Part shown: in pieces, positions 42,261-52,971 of the stretch
How positions within the stretch are numbered: position 1 is the first letter of the stretch
Layout of the letters: each line of letters begins with the position of its first letter
NCBI GenBank assembly: GCA_943372515.1
Contig: CALRYY010000012.1
Location: 1,074 to 65,073 of the forward strand
From: Ramlibacter sp. 2FC
GTDB taxonomy: Bacteria; Pseudomonadota; Gammaproteobacteria; Burkholderiales; Burkholderiaceae_C
DNA: 64,000 nucleotides
Reading direction: 5' to 3'
Made by a program: the position numbers and the translations under genes
The notes under the pieces: model-generated
Databases searched by the model: none
The model's input: only the letters and a program-made list of their open reading frames with translations
Told to the model about the DNA's origin: nothing

Positions 42261-45212
42261 TCAGGCCAGCAATGCCACGTTGCCTCCGGCGGCTGTGGTG
42301 TTGATGGTCAGGGTCTGCTCTGCGCAGAAGCGATACAGGTAGTGCGGGCCGCCGGCCTTGGGGCCGGTGCCCGACAGGCCTTCACCGCCAAAGGGCTGCA
42401 CACCCACTACCGCACCGATCATGTTGCGGTTGATGTACACATTGCCCACATGTGCGCCTGCGGCCAGTGCCTGCGCGCGGCTGTCGATGCGCGTCTGGAT
42501 GCCCAGCGTCAGGCCGTAGCCCAGGGCGTTGATCTGGTCAATGACAGCATGCGGGTCGCCGGACCAGCGCACCACGTGCAGCACGGGGCCGAAGATCTCG
42601 GTCTGCATATCGGCGATGCGGTTGATTTCGAACATTTTGGGGGCGATGAAATGGCCGTTCGCCGGCGCCTCGCCCGCATGGTGCCGGGTGGCCGTGCCGG
42701 TCAACCGCTGCAAGTGCTGCCCGATGCCGTCGAACGCCTCGCGGTCAATGACAGGCCCCACATCGGTAGCCAGCAGGGCGGGGTCGCCTGTGACCAGCTC
42801 TTTTGCCGCGCCCCGGATCATCTCGATCACGCCGTCGGCAATGCCCTCGTGCACGCACAGCAGGCGCAGTGCCGAGCAGCGCTGGCCGGCCGAGCGGAAG
42901 GCGCTTTGCACCACGGCGTCGGCCACCTGCTCGGGCAGGGCAGTGCTGTCCACCAGCATGGCGTTGATGCCGCCTGTTTCTGCAATCAGCGGCACGATGG
43001 CGCCGTCTTTGGCCGCCAGCGCACGCTGGATGATTTTGGCCACCTGCGTGGAGCCCGTGAACACCACGCCTGCCACGTTCGGCGCCGCGACCAGCGCCGC
43101 GCCCACAGTCTCGCCGGGGCCGTGCAGCAACTGCAATGCATCGGCAGGTACGCCTGCGGCATGCAACAGCTTGACTGCATCCAGCGCCACGCCGGGCGTC
43201 TGCTCGGCGGGCTTGGCCAGTACCGTGTTGCCTGTGGCCAGTGCGGCGGCCACCTGGCCCATGAAGATCGCCAGCGGAAAATTCCAGGGGCTGATGCACA
43301 CCCAGGCGCCGCGCGCGGTCAGGCGCAGTTCGTTGCTTTCGCCTGTCGGCCCAGGCAGGGTTACAGGCGCCATGATGCGCTCGGCTTCATTGGCGTAGTA
43401 GCGCAGGAAGTCCACCGCTTCGCGCACCTCGGCCACCGTGTCGCCCCAGGTCTTGAAGGCCTCCTTGACCAGCAGCGCGCAAAAGCGCGGCATGTCGGAC
43501 TCCAGCGCATCTGCGGCGTTGCGCAAGATGGCTGCGCGTTGCGCGACGGGGGTGCGGGACCAGGTGGGGAAAGCGGCCACGGCGCGGGCGACCGCATCCG
43601 TTGCCTGCGCCGTGTTGGCCTCGGGCACAGCGGGGACGCTGACTGTGCCGAACGCAGCCAGCAAGGGCGCCCGCATGGCGTGCACGGTCAGGTCCAGGCC
43701 CAGGCTGTTTTTGCGTACGGTGCCGTACAGGGCGCCCGGCAGGGGCTGTGATGAATCGGGTTCCAGCCGCAAGGGCGAGATCAGCAGCTCGTCCATGCCC
43801 ACCGACTCATCGGCCAACTGATGCACAAAAGAAGAGTTGGCACCGTTTTCCAGCAGGCGGCGCACCAGGTACGCCAGCAGGTCCCGGTGCTGGCCTACGG
43901 GGGCGTAGACGCGGCAGCTGACCAACGGGTTCTTCAGCACTTCGCGGTAAATGCCTTCGCCCATGCCGTGCAGGCGCTGCAGCTCGAAAGTACTTCCCGC
44001 GCGGGCTGCCATCTGAAGGATGGCAGCGATGGTCCCCGCGTTATGCGTTGCAAACTGCGGGTAGATCACATCGCTGGCGTCCAGCAGCGCCCGCGCGCAG
44101 GCCAGGTAGCTCACGTCGGTGTGGTGCTTGTGGGTGAACACCGGGTAGTGCGGCAGGCCCAGCTCCTGTGCGCGCTTGATCTCGGCGTCCCAGTACGCGC
44201 CCTTGACCAGGCGGCACATGAAGCGAAGGCGGTAGTTGCGGGCCAGTTGCGCTACATGGCCGATCAGCTCCAGCGCGCGGGTCTGGTACGCCTGCAGCGC
44301 CAGGCCAAAGCCCGCCCATTGCGGGTGGTGCTGCGCCACCTGGGCCGCAAGCGCTTCGAAGACGTCCAGCGACAATTCCAGCCGGTCCACCTCTTCGGCA
44401 TCAATGGTCAGGTTGATGTTGGCGCGCGCGGCCTGTTCACACAGCGTCCACACGCGGGGTACCAGCTCTGCCAGCACGCGTTCGCGCTGCGGGTCTTCAT
44501 AGCGCGGGTGCAGGGCGCTGAGCTTGATGGAGATGCCGTCGTTGTGGGCCACGGCGCCGGTTGCACTGGCGCGCTGCGCAATGGACTGGATGGCGTTGCG
44601 GTAGCTCGCCAGGTAACGCAGCGCGTCCGCGTCGGTGCGGGCACCTTCGCCCAGCATGTCATAGCTGAACCTGAGGCTGGCTATGTGGCGGCGCGCGCCA
44701 GCGGCTTCGTCCATGGCTTCACCAATGGTCTGGCCCAGCACAAACTGCCGGCCCAGCAACTGCACCGCCCGCAGCGTGGCGGCCACCACGGTGCGGGCAC
44801 CCAGCTTGGCCATCAGGCCGGGCTCATGGCCTGCGTCCGGCAGAAATCTCTTGGACATGGCGATGGCCGTGGACGACAGCCGCGCCAGGGTGGAGTCGGC
44901 TGCGCCGTCAAAATCCGCCCGTCCCAATTGGTCGGCGGTCAGCGCAATGGCGGTCTCGGCGTCCGGCACGCGCAGCAGCGCTTCGGCCAGCCGCATCAAC
45001 GCCAGGCCTTCGGCGCTGGAGATGGGGTATTCCTTCAACAGGCTTTCCATCGCCCAAAACGGCGGCGGATGCTTGCGCACGGCCTGCACCCAAGGGCGCG
45101 CCGTGTGGGCGGCTGCCGCCCAGTCCAGTGCGCCGTCCAGCGACTGCAGGCGGTCAGAAACGGTGGCGGCTTCGGGCCGGTACGGGAAGGGCAGACGTTG
45201 CTGTGGGTTCAT
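42261..45212 (-). CDS. putA: bifunctional proline dehydrogenase / P5C dehydrogenase
   Basis: 983 aa. A PRODH barrel region is followed by an aldehyde dehydrogenase domain (FTGSTQVA, EGLSGTGPKAGG). There is no N-terminal ribbon-helix-helix extension. Confidence 0.93.
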   Translation of the reverse strand: MNPQQRLPFPYRPEAATVSDRLQSLDGALDWAAAAHTARPWVQAVRKHPPPFWAMESLLKEYPISSAEGLALMRLAEALLRVPDAETAIALTADQLGRADFDGAADSTLARLSSTAIAMSKRFLPDAGHEPGLMAKLGARTVVAATLRAVQLLGRQFVLGQTIGEAMDEAAGARRHIASLRFSYDMLGEGARTDADALRYLASYRNAIQSIAQRASATGAVAHNDGISIKLSALHPRYEDPQRERVLAELVPRVWTLCEQAARANINLTIDAEEVDRLELSLDVFEALAAQVAQHHPQWAGFGLALQAYQTRALELIGHVAQLARNYRLRFMCRLVKGAYWDAEIKRAQELGLPHYPVFTHKHHTDVSYLACARALLDASDVIYPQFATHNAGTIAAILQMAARAGSTFELQRLHGMGEGIYREVLKNPLVSCRVYAPVGQHRDLLAYLVRRLLENGANSSFVHQLADESVGMDELLISPLRLEPDSSQPLPGALYGTVRKNSLGLDLTVHAMRAPLLAAFGTVSVPAVPEANTAQATDAVARAVAAFPTWSRTPVAQRAAILRNAADALESDMPRFCALLVKEAFKTWGDTVAEVREAVDFLRYYANEAERIMAPVTLPGPTGESNELRLTARGAWVCISPWNFPLAIFMGQVAAALATGNTVLAKPAEQTPGVALDAVKLLHAAGVPADALQLLHGPGETVGAALVAAPNVAGVVFTGSTQVAKIIQRALAAKDGAIVPLIAETGGINAMLVDSTALPEQVADAVVQSAFRSAGQRCSALRLLCVHEGIADGVIEMIRGAAKELVTGDPALLATDVGPVIDREAFDGIGQHLQRLTGTATRHHAGEAPANGHFIAPKMFEINRIADMQTEIFGPVLHVVRWSGDPHAVIDQINALGYGLTLGIQTRIDSRAQALAAGAHVGNVYINRNMIGAVVGVQPFGGEGLSGTGPKAGGPHYLYRFCAEQTLTINTTAAGGNVALLA

Positions 45213-45308
45213 GGCAGGTCACGTGTTGGTGTGAATACCGTCATGTTGGATTGTTTGGCGGTGAATTTCACGCTAAATTCCAGCTTGAAACCGGATAAAT
45301 CACTACTC

Positions 45309-45785
45309 ATGACTGAATCAATCGCCGATATCGACCGCATTGACCTGAAAATCCTGAATGTCCTGCAGCAGGACGGCCGCATTTCCAACCTCAAGCTGGC
45401 CGATGCGGTGACGCTGTCGCCCACCGCAGTGCTGGCCCGGGTGCAGCGCCTGACGCGCGACGGCTACATCCTGGGCTACGAGGCGCGGCTGAACCCGCTG
45501 AAACTCGGCGCCGGGATGATGGTGTTTGTGGAGGTGCTGCTGGACCGCACCACGCCCAATGTGTTTGACGCCTTCAAGGCCGCCGTGCAGGTGCACCACG
45601 AAATCATGGAATGCCACATGGTGGCCGGCGGCTTTGACTACCTGCTCAAGACCCGCATGGCCGACATGGCGGCCTACCGCCACTTTGCGGGTACGGTGCT
45701 GTGGCAACTGCCCGGCGTGCGCGAGACGCGGACCTACGCCGTGATGGAAGAGGTGAAAAATTCCACACAGCTCAAGCTGCTGTAG
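45309..45785 (+). CDS. Lrp/AsnC family regulator (PutR-like, divergent from putA)
   Basis: 158 aa: IDRIDLKILNVLQQDGRISNLKLADAVTLSPTAVLARVQRL plus a RAM domain. The ORF-track call 43821..45785 is over-extended. Confidence 0.85.
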   Translation: MTESIADIDRIDLKILNVLQQDGRISNLKLADAVTLSPTAVLARVQRLTRDGYILGYEARLNPLKLGAGMMVFVEVLLDRTTPNVFDAFKAAVQVHHEIMECHMVAGGFDYLLKTRMADMAAYRHFAGTVLWQLPGVRETRTYAVMEEVKNSTQLKLL

Positions 45786-45835
45786 CGCGCCGGCCGCAGC
45801 ACAATGCCGCAATCACTGACCCTGGAGGCGTTCAC

Positions 45836-46402
45836 ATGACATCTCTTTCAAAGGCCCTGGCGGGCGCATTGCTGGATACGGCCTGCACCCTGGCTGCTGC
45901 GCAGACCATCAAGCCCGGCCTGTGGGAAATCAGCAGCAAGATGGGCGGCAACCCCGAGATGGACAGCGCCATGGCCCAGATCCAGCAGCAGATGGCTGCC
46001 ATGCCGCCTGAGCAGCGCAAGATGATGCAGGACATGATGGCCAGGCAGGGCGTCAACATGGCTGCGGGGCCGGGCGGCACCATGCTCAGCAAGGTGTGCC
46101 TGACCAGGGAGATGGTGGAGCGCAACCAGCTGCCCGTGCATGAAAAGGGCAATTGCACCAGCACGGTCAGCAACCAGTCTGCCGCCGGCATGAACATGAA
46201 ATTTGTCTGCACCGACCCGGCGGCCACAGGCGAGGGCCGCGTCAACTTCAAGGGCGACAGCGCCTATGACATGAAGATGACCATGAACAGCAATCATCAG
46301 GGCAAGCCCATGGCGACCACCCTGGACGCCAGCGGCAAATGGCTGGGCGCGGACTGTGGGGCGATCAAGCCGTTGGCGCTTCCGGCGTCGCCTAAAAAAT
46401 AG
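45836..46402 (+). CDS. DUF3617-like secreted protein
   Basis: Signal peptide, a PGLWE motif, a Met/Gln-rich stretch and conserved Cys pairs. Confidence 0.5.
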   Translation: MTSLSKALAGALLDTACTLAAAQTIKPGLWEISSKMGGNPEMDSAMAQIQQQMAAMPPEQRKMMQDMMARQGVNMAAGPGGTMLSKVCLTREMVERNQLPVHEKGNCTSTVSNQSAAGMNMKFVCTDPAATGEGRVNFKGDSAYDMKMTMNSNHQGKPMATTLDASGKWLGADCGAIKPLALPASPKK

Positions 46403-46409
46403 GCAGTTA

Positions 46410-47102
46410 TCAGGCGGCGCGGGCGCGGTCGCCAAAAATCGCCGTGCCCACGCGCACCATCGTGCTGCCCGCCTGCACGGCGGCCTCCAGATCAGCAGTC
46501 ATGCCCATGGACAGCGTGTCCAGCGGCAGGCCAGCGGCGCGCAGGTCGTCAAACAGGGTGCGGGCGCGCTGGTGCACCGCCAACTGAGTTGCAACGTCAG
46601 CACAGGGCTCGGGGATGGTCATGATCCCGCGCAGCGTCAGGCGGGGCAGCGCCGCCACCTCGCGCGCCAGCGCCAGTGCCTCGTCTGGTGCGACGCCTGC
46701 CTTGGTGGCGCCGCCGTCGACATTGACCTGTATGCACACCTGCAAGGGCGCCAGCTCTGGCGGGCGCTGTTCGCTCAGGCGTTGCGCAATCTTCAACCGG
46801 TCCACCGTGTGGGCCCAGTCAAAATGCGCGGCCACCAGCCGGGTCTTGTTGCTCTGGATGGGACCGATACAGTGCCATTGCAGGGGCAGGCCCTGCAGCA
46901 GCGCGATCTTTTCAACCGCTTCCTGGATGTAGTTTTCGCCAAAGGCGGTTTGCCCGGCGGCATGCGCGTCGCGCACCGCATCGGGGCCGAATGTCTTGGA
47001 TACCGCCAGCAGTGTCACGCTGCCTGCGCCCCGGCCGGCGGCGGCGCAGGCTGTGGCAATGCGGGTACGAACACTCTGGAGGTTGTCGCCAATCGTGGTC
47101 AT
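46410..47102 (-). CDS. yggS: YggS family pyridoxal-phosphate homeostasis protein
   Basis: 230 aa. LLAVSKTF (PLP-Lys) and GENYIQE. It holds the conserved divergent position next to pilT. Confidence 0.9.
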   Translation of the reverse strand: MTTIGDNLQSVRTRIATACAAAGRGAGSVTLLAVSKTFGPDAVRDAHAAGQTAFGENYIQEAVEKIALLQGLPLQWHCIGPIQSNKTRLVAAHFDWAHTVDRLKIAQRLSEQRPPELAPLQVCIQVNVDGGATKAGVAPDEALALAREVAALPRLTLRGIMTIPEPCADVATQLAVHQRARTLFDDLRAAGLPLDTLSMGMTADLEAAVQAGSTMVRVGTAIFGDRARAA

Positions 47103-47141
47103 AATCGTCCGAGCGTATCAAATCAGACTATCGAGGGATCT

Positions 47142-48185
47142 GTGGACATTACCCAGTTGCTGGCATTCAGCGTCAAAAACAAAGCATCCGACCTTCACCT
47201 GTCCGCCGGCTTGCCGCCGATGATTCGCGTGCACGGCGATGTGCGCCGCATCAACGTGGACTCCCTGGACCACAAGCAGGTGCACAGCATGGTGTACGAC
47301 ATCATGAATGACACCCAGCGCAAGATCTATGAAGAGTTCCTGGAGGTCGACTTTTCGTTCGAGATCGACGGCCTGGCGCGATTCCGGGTCAACGCATTCA
47401 ACCAGAACCGGGGCGCCGGTGCCGTGTTCCGGACGATTCCGTCCAAGATCCTGACGCTGGAGCAGCTCAACGCGCCGAAGATTTTTGGTGACCTGGCGCT
47501 CAAGCCGCGCGGCATGGTGCTGGTCACAGGCCCCACCGGCTCGGGCAAGTCCACCACGCTGGCGGCCATGGTCAACTTCCTCAACGAAACCGAATACGGC
47601 CACATCCTGACGGTGGAAGACCCGATCGAATTTGTGCACGAATCCAAAAAGTGCCTGATCAACCAGCGCGAGGTCGGCCCCATGACGCTGAGCTTTGCCG
47701 CCGCGCTCAAGTCTGCCCTGCGCGAAGACCCGGACGCCATCCTGGTGGGCGAAATGCGCGACCTGGAAACCATCCGCCTGGCCATGACGGCGGCCGAAAC
47801 GGGCCACCTTGTGTTCGGCACACTGCACACGTCCAGCGCGGCCAAAACGATTGACCGGATCATCGACGTGTTCCCGGCCGAAGAAAAGGAAATGATCCGC
47901 GCCATGCTGTCCGAATCGCTGCAGGCCGTGATCTCGCAAACGCTGTGCAAGACCAAGGACGGCCAGGGCCGTGTGGCCGCGCACGAGATCATGCTGGGCA
48001 CCAGTGCCATCCGCAACCTGATCCGCGAGGCAAAGGTGGCACAGATGTACTCGGCCATCCAGACCGGCAACAACTTCGGCATGCAGACGCTGGACCAGAA
48101 CCTGTCAGACCTGGTCAAACGCAACATCATCAGCCCCGGTGAAGCCCGCGGAAAAGCCAAAATTCCTGAGAACTTCCCAGGCTGA
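47142..48185 (+). CDS. pilT: type IV pilus retraction ATPase PilT
   Basis: 347 aa from a GTG start. Walker A GPTGSGKST and the AIRNLIREAK motif. Confidence 0.95.
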   Translation: MDITQLLAFSVKNKASDLHLSAGLPPMIRVHGDVRRINVDSLDHKQVHSMVYDIMNDTQRKIYEEFLEVDFSFEIDGLARFRVNAFNQNRGAGAVFRTIPSKILTLEQLNAPKIFGDLALKPRGMVLVTGPTGSGKSTTLAAMVNFLNETEYGHILTVEDPIEFVHESKKCLINQREVGPMTLSFAAALKSALREDPDAILVGEMRDLETIRLAMTAAETGHLVFGTLHTSSAAKTIDRIIDVFPAEEKEMIRAMLSESLQAVISQTLCKTKDGQGRVAAHEIMLGTSAIRNLIREAKVAQMYSAIQTGNNFGMQTLDQNLSDLVKRNIISPGEARGKAKIPENFPG

Positions 48186-48190
48186 ATATG

Positions 48191-48273
48191 GCTTCCCCCC
48201 GATGCGCCCTCGGCGCTTCCCCCCAGGGGGCGACACCAGCGGCCCGGCGAAGCCGGATCCGCGGTGTCCCCGC
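48191..48273. repeat. copy D of the approx 80-nt triple-hairpin repeat
   Basis: GCTTCCCCCCGATGCGCCCTCGGCGCTTCCCCCCAGGGGGCGACACCAGCGGCCCGGCGAAGCCGGATCCGCGGTGTCCCCGC. Same orientation as copy C. It begins 5 nt after the pilT stop. Confidence 0.8.
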
Positions 48274-48304
48274 ACTGCAATTTCAGTAGTAAGGAGGTGC
48301 TCTC

Positions 48305-49441
48305 ATGGAGCGCGATCAGGCCAGTAAATTCATCAACGACCTGTTGAAACTCATGGTCAGCCGCAACGGCAGCGACCTGTTCATCACCGGCGACTTTCCG
48401 CCCGCCATGAAGGTGGACGGCAAGGTCACCAAGGTCTCGCCCCAGCCGCTGACCGGCGCACACACGCTGTCGCTGGCGCGCTCGATCATGAACGACAAGC
48501 AGGCGTCGGAGTTCGAGCGCACCAAGGAGTGCAACTTTGCGATCTCGCCGCCCGGCATCGGGCGTTTTCGGGTCAACGCCTTTGTGCAGCAGGGCAAGGT
48601 CGGCATGGTGCTGCGGGTGATTCCGATGGTGCTGCCCACGATCGACGGGCTGGGCGTGCCGCAGGTCCTGAAAGAAGTGGTGATGGCCAAGCGCGGCCTG
48701 ACCATCCTGGTGGGCGCGACGGGTTCCGGCAAGTCCACCACGCTGGCCGCCATGGTCGACTGGCGCAACGAAAATTCTTACGGCCACATCATCACCATCG
48801 AAGACCCGGTGGAATTTGTGCACCCTCACAAGAACTGCGTGGTCACGCAGCGCGAAGTGGGTCTGGACACCGACAACTGGGAGTCTGCGCTCAAGAACAC
48901 GCTGCGCCAGGCACCCGACGTGATCCTGATGGGCGAAATCCGCGACCGCGAAACCATGGAGCACGCCATTGCCTTCGCCGAAACCGGCCACCTGTGCCTG
49001 GCCACGCTGCACGCCAACAGTGCCAACCAGGCGCTGGACCGCGTGATCAACTTCTTCCCTGAAGAGCGGCGCGCGCAGCTGCTGATGGACCTGTCGCTGA
49101 ACCTGAAGGCCTTCATCTCGCAGCGCCTGGTGCCCAAGCAGGACGGCAAGGGCCGTCAGGCCGCCGTTGAAATCATGCTCAACAGCCCGCTGATCTCCGA
49201 CATGATCTTCAAGGGCGAGGTCTCCGAGATCAAGGAGATCATGAAGAAAAGCCGCAATCTGGGCATGCAGACCTTTGACCAGGCGCTGTTCGACGCCTAC
49301 GAGAACAACGTCATTTCGTACGAAGACGCGTTGCGCAATGCCGATTCGGTCAACGATCTGCGCCTGCAGATCAAGCTGAACAGCCAGCGCGCCAAGAACC
49401 AGGACCTGGCCTCCGGCACCGAACACCTCGCCATCGTTTGA
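48305..49441 (+). CDS. pilU: PilT-paralogue ATPase PilU
   Basis: 378 aa. Walker A GATGSGKST. Sits downstream of pilT, with an AAGGAGG Shine-Dalgarno at about 48291. Confidence 0.9.
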   Translation: MERDQASKFINDLLKLMVSRNGSDLFITGDFPPAMKVDGKVTKVSPQPLTGAHTLSLARSIMNDKQASEFERTKECNFAISPPGIGRFRVNAFVQQGKVGMVLRVIPMVLPTIDGLGVPQVLKEVVMAKRGLTILVGATGSGKSTTLAAMVDWRNENSYGHIITIEDPVEFVHPHKNCVVTQREVGLDTDNWESALKNTLRQAPDVILMGEIRDRETMEHAIAFAETGHLCLATLHANSANQALDRVINFFPEERRAQLLMDLSLNLKAFISQRLVPKQDGKGRQAAVEIMLNSPLISDMIFKGEVSEIKEIMKKSRNLGMQTFDQALFDAYENNVISYEDALRNADSVNDLRLQIKLNSQRAKNQDLASGTEHLAIV

Positions 49442-49448
49442 GCACCCC

Positions 49449-50351
49449 ATGAGCAGTATCAATCCAAAAACCTACGAATCCACACCATCGCGCAAGGTCG
49501 CATTTCTGGGCCTGGGCGTCATGGGCTTGCCCATGGCCGGGCACCTGGCGCTCGCCGGGCACGAGGTCACCGTCTACAACCGCAGTGCGGCCAAAGCGGC
49601 TGCCTGGGTAACCGAATTCGGCGGCAAATCCGCCGCCACACCGCGTGAAGCGGCCACAGGCGTGGACATCGTGTTTTGCTGCGTGGGCAATGACGACGAC
49701 CTGCGCTCAGTCACCCTGGGGGCGGACGGCGCCTTTGCGGGCATGAAGCCAGGGGCCGTATTTGTGGACCACACGACGGCCTCAGCCGATGTGGCACGCG
49801 AGCTGTACGCCGCCGCCAAAAACCTGGGGCTGCAGTTTGTCGACGCTCCGGTGTCCGGCGGGCAGGCGGGGGCGCAAAACGGCATGCTCACCGTGATGTG
49901 TGGCGGCGATGCGGCGGCGTTTGAAGCTGCCAGGCCCGCGGCCATGGCGTTTGCGCGCGCCTTCACGCTGCTGGGCGCAGCCGGTTCGGGTCAGCTGGCC
50001 AAGATGGTCAACCAGATCTGCATTGCCGGGCTGGTGCAGGGCTTGTCCGAGGCCATTGCCTTCGGCCAGAAAGCCGGCCTGGACATGGAGCAGGTGCTGG
50101 AGGTGATCGGCAAGGGCGCGGCCCAGAGCTGGCAACTGGACAACCGGGGCAAGACCATGATTGCCGGCAAGTTTGACTTCGGCTTTGCGGTGGACTGGAT
50201 GCGCAAGGACCTGGGCCTGGTACTGGACGAAGCCAAGCGCAACGGCGCCCGGTTGCCCGTCACGGCACTGGTGGACCAGTTTTATGCCGACGTGCAGGCC
50301 TTGGGCGGCCAGCGCTGGGACACTTCCAGCCTGATCAAGCGGCTGAAATAA
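49449..50351 (+). CDS. NAD(P)-dependent 3-hydroxyisobutyrate dehydrogenase family oxidoreductase
   Basis: VAFLGLGVMGLPMAGHL Rossmann motif and the DAPVSGG motif. Confidence 0.85.
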   Translation: MSSINPKTYESTPSRKVAFLGLGVMGLPMAGHLALAGHEVTVYNRSAAKAAAWVTEFGGKSAATPREAATGVDIVFCCVGNDDDLRSVTLGADGAFAGMKPGAVFVDHTTASADVARELYAAAKNLGLQFVDAPVSGGQAGAQNGMLTVMCGGDAAAFEAARPAAMAFARAFTLLGAAGSGQLAKMVNQICIAGLVQGLSEAIAFGQKAGLDMEQVLEVIGKGAAQSWQLDNRGKTMIAGKFDFGFAVDWMRKDLGLVLDEAKRNGARLPVTALVDQFYADVQALGGQRWDTSSLIKRLK

Positions 50352-50354
50352 CCG

Positions 50355-51977
<1,623 letters not shown>

Positions 51978-52922
51978 ATGGACAAGCTTTTCCTTGGCGT
52001 CAGTTTTCTGGGTTTCGCACCCAAAGTCTGTGACCAGTTTGCCACCTGGATGGGTGCCTTCGGACGCGACGATTGCGGCTGGCAGGTGGTTGCGCCGCAA
52101 CGCGCTGATGCGTGGTGCGTCAATGCCGATGCCATTGAAGACCGTGGCGCTTCAGGCCTGAACATCCGGCACCGCCACCCAGACGGCACTTTGGAGGGGT
52201 TTGACCTGCGGCGCGCTCCTGGACTGCTTGCGGTTTCTTCGGAGCAGTTTCATGCAGTATCAGGTGCGGTGCTCTTTGAGGCGCAGCGCCAAGCCAGCGT
52301 GATTGCAGCATTTCGCACACTGGAGTCGCGGCTTGGCATGCTGCGCTGCGACTACGCGCTGGGCTGCTCGCTGGCATGGCACCAGGAAGAAGTAGCCACC
52401 AACGGGGTGTACCAGCTCCTGTACCACAGCCGCCTCATGGCCGTGGTTGATCTAAGGCGGCGCATGGCCGGCTTTCCTCTTACGGCCACGCCTGCAGATC
52501 TGCTGCGTTCCGAGTGGACCCGCCGTCCCCTGGGCGCGGGCGTAGTCCCCGATTCCTTTGTCCGCCGCTCGACCACAGATCTGATCTGGACTTACGCAGT
52601 ACGCACGACGCTGGACATCCTTCCTGCACGCTACCGCCGCCGGCCCATTTACTTCTGCCAGATGCCGCGCATGGCCATTGAGCAGCTGGAACCCGCCCAC
52701 ATCCGCCTCATGGCCGCATTGCGCTCAGGACCCATGTTGCTGGAGGACCTGGCAAAGCGCCTGGCGGCACCTGAACAACAGGTTTGCAGGTGGCTGGCCG
52801 CCCTGCATACCGCCGGCGCCATCAGTGTGACGCCACCTGAGGCAGCGCCGCAGGCCGGCGCCACCCCCGTGATGTTGCTGCGCTCCACCGGCCATAGCCC
52901 TGCCGCCCAGCTGATGGCGTAA
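51978..52922 (+). CDS. hypothetical protein, no recognisable family (possible C-terminal winged helix)
   Basis: Intact 314-aa ORF with GC3-rich codons like its neighbours. No signal peptide or TM segment. The C-terminal IRLMAALRSGPMLLEDLAKRLAAPEQQVCRWLAALHTAGAISV reads like a wHTH. Confidence 0.55.
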   Translation: MDKLFLGVSFLGFAPKVCDQFATWMGAFGRDDCGWQVVAPQRADAWCVNADAIEDRGASGLNIRHRHPDGTLEGFDLRRAPGLLAVSSEQFHAVSGAVLFEAQRQASVIAAFRTLESRLGMLRCDYALGCSLAWHQEEVATNGVYQLLYHSRLMAVVDLRRRMAGFPLTATPADLLRSEWTRRPLGAGVVPDSFVRRSTTDLIWTYAVRTTLDILPARYRRRPIYFCQMPRMAIEQLEPAHIRLMAALRSGPMLLEDLAKRLAAPEQQVCRWLAALHTAGAISVTPPEAAPQAGATPVMLLRSTGHSPAAQLMA

Positions 52923-52971
52923 CGGCGCACCAGAGAAATCGACCGAATACCCCGAAACACCGAAAGCTCAC

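Noticed and set aside
47327-49462. 711-aa minus-strand ORF
   Set aside because: It is an antisense shadow of pilT and pilU.
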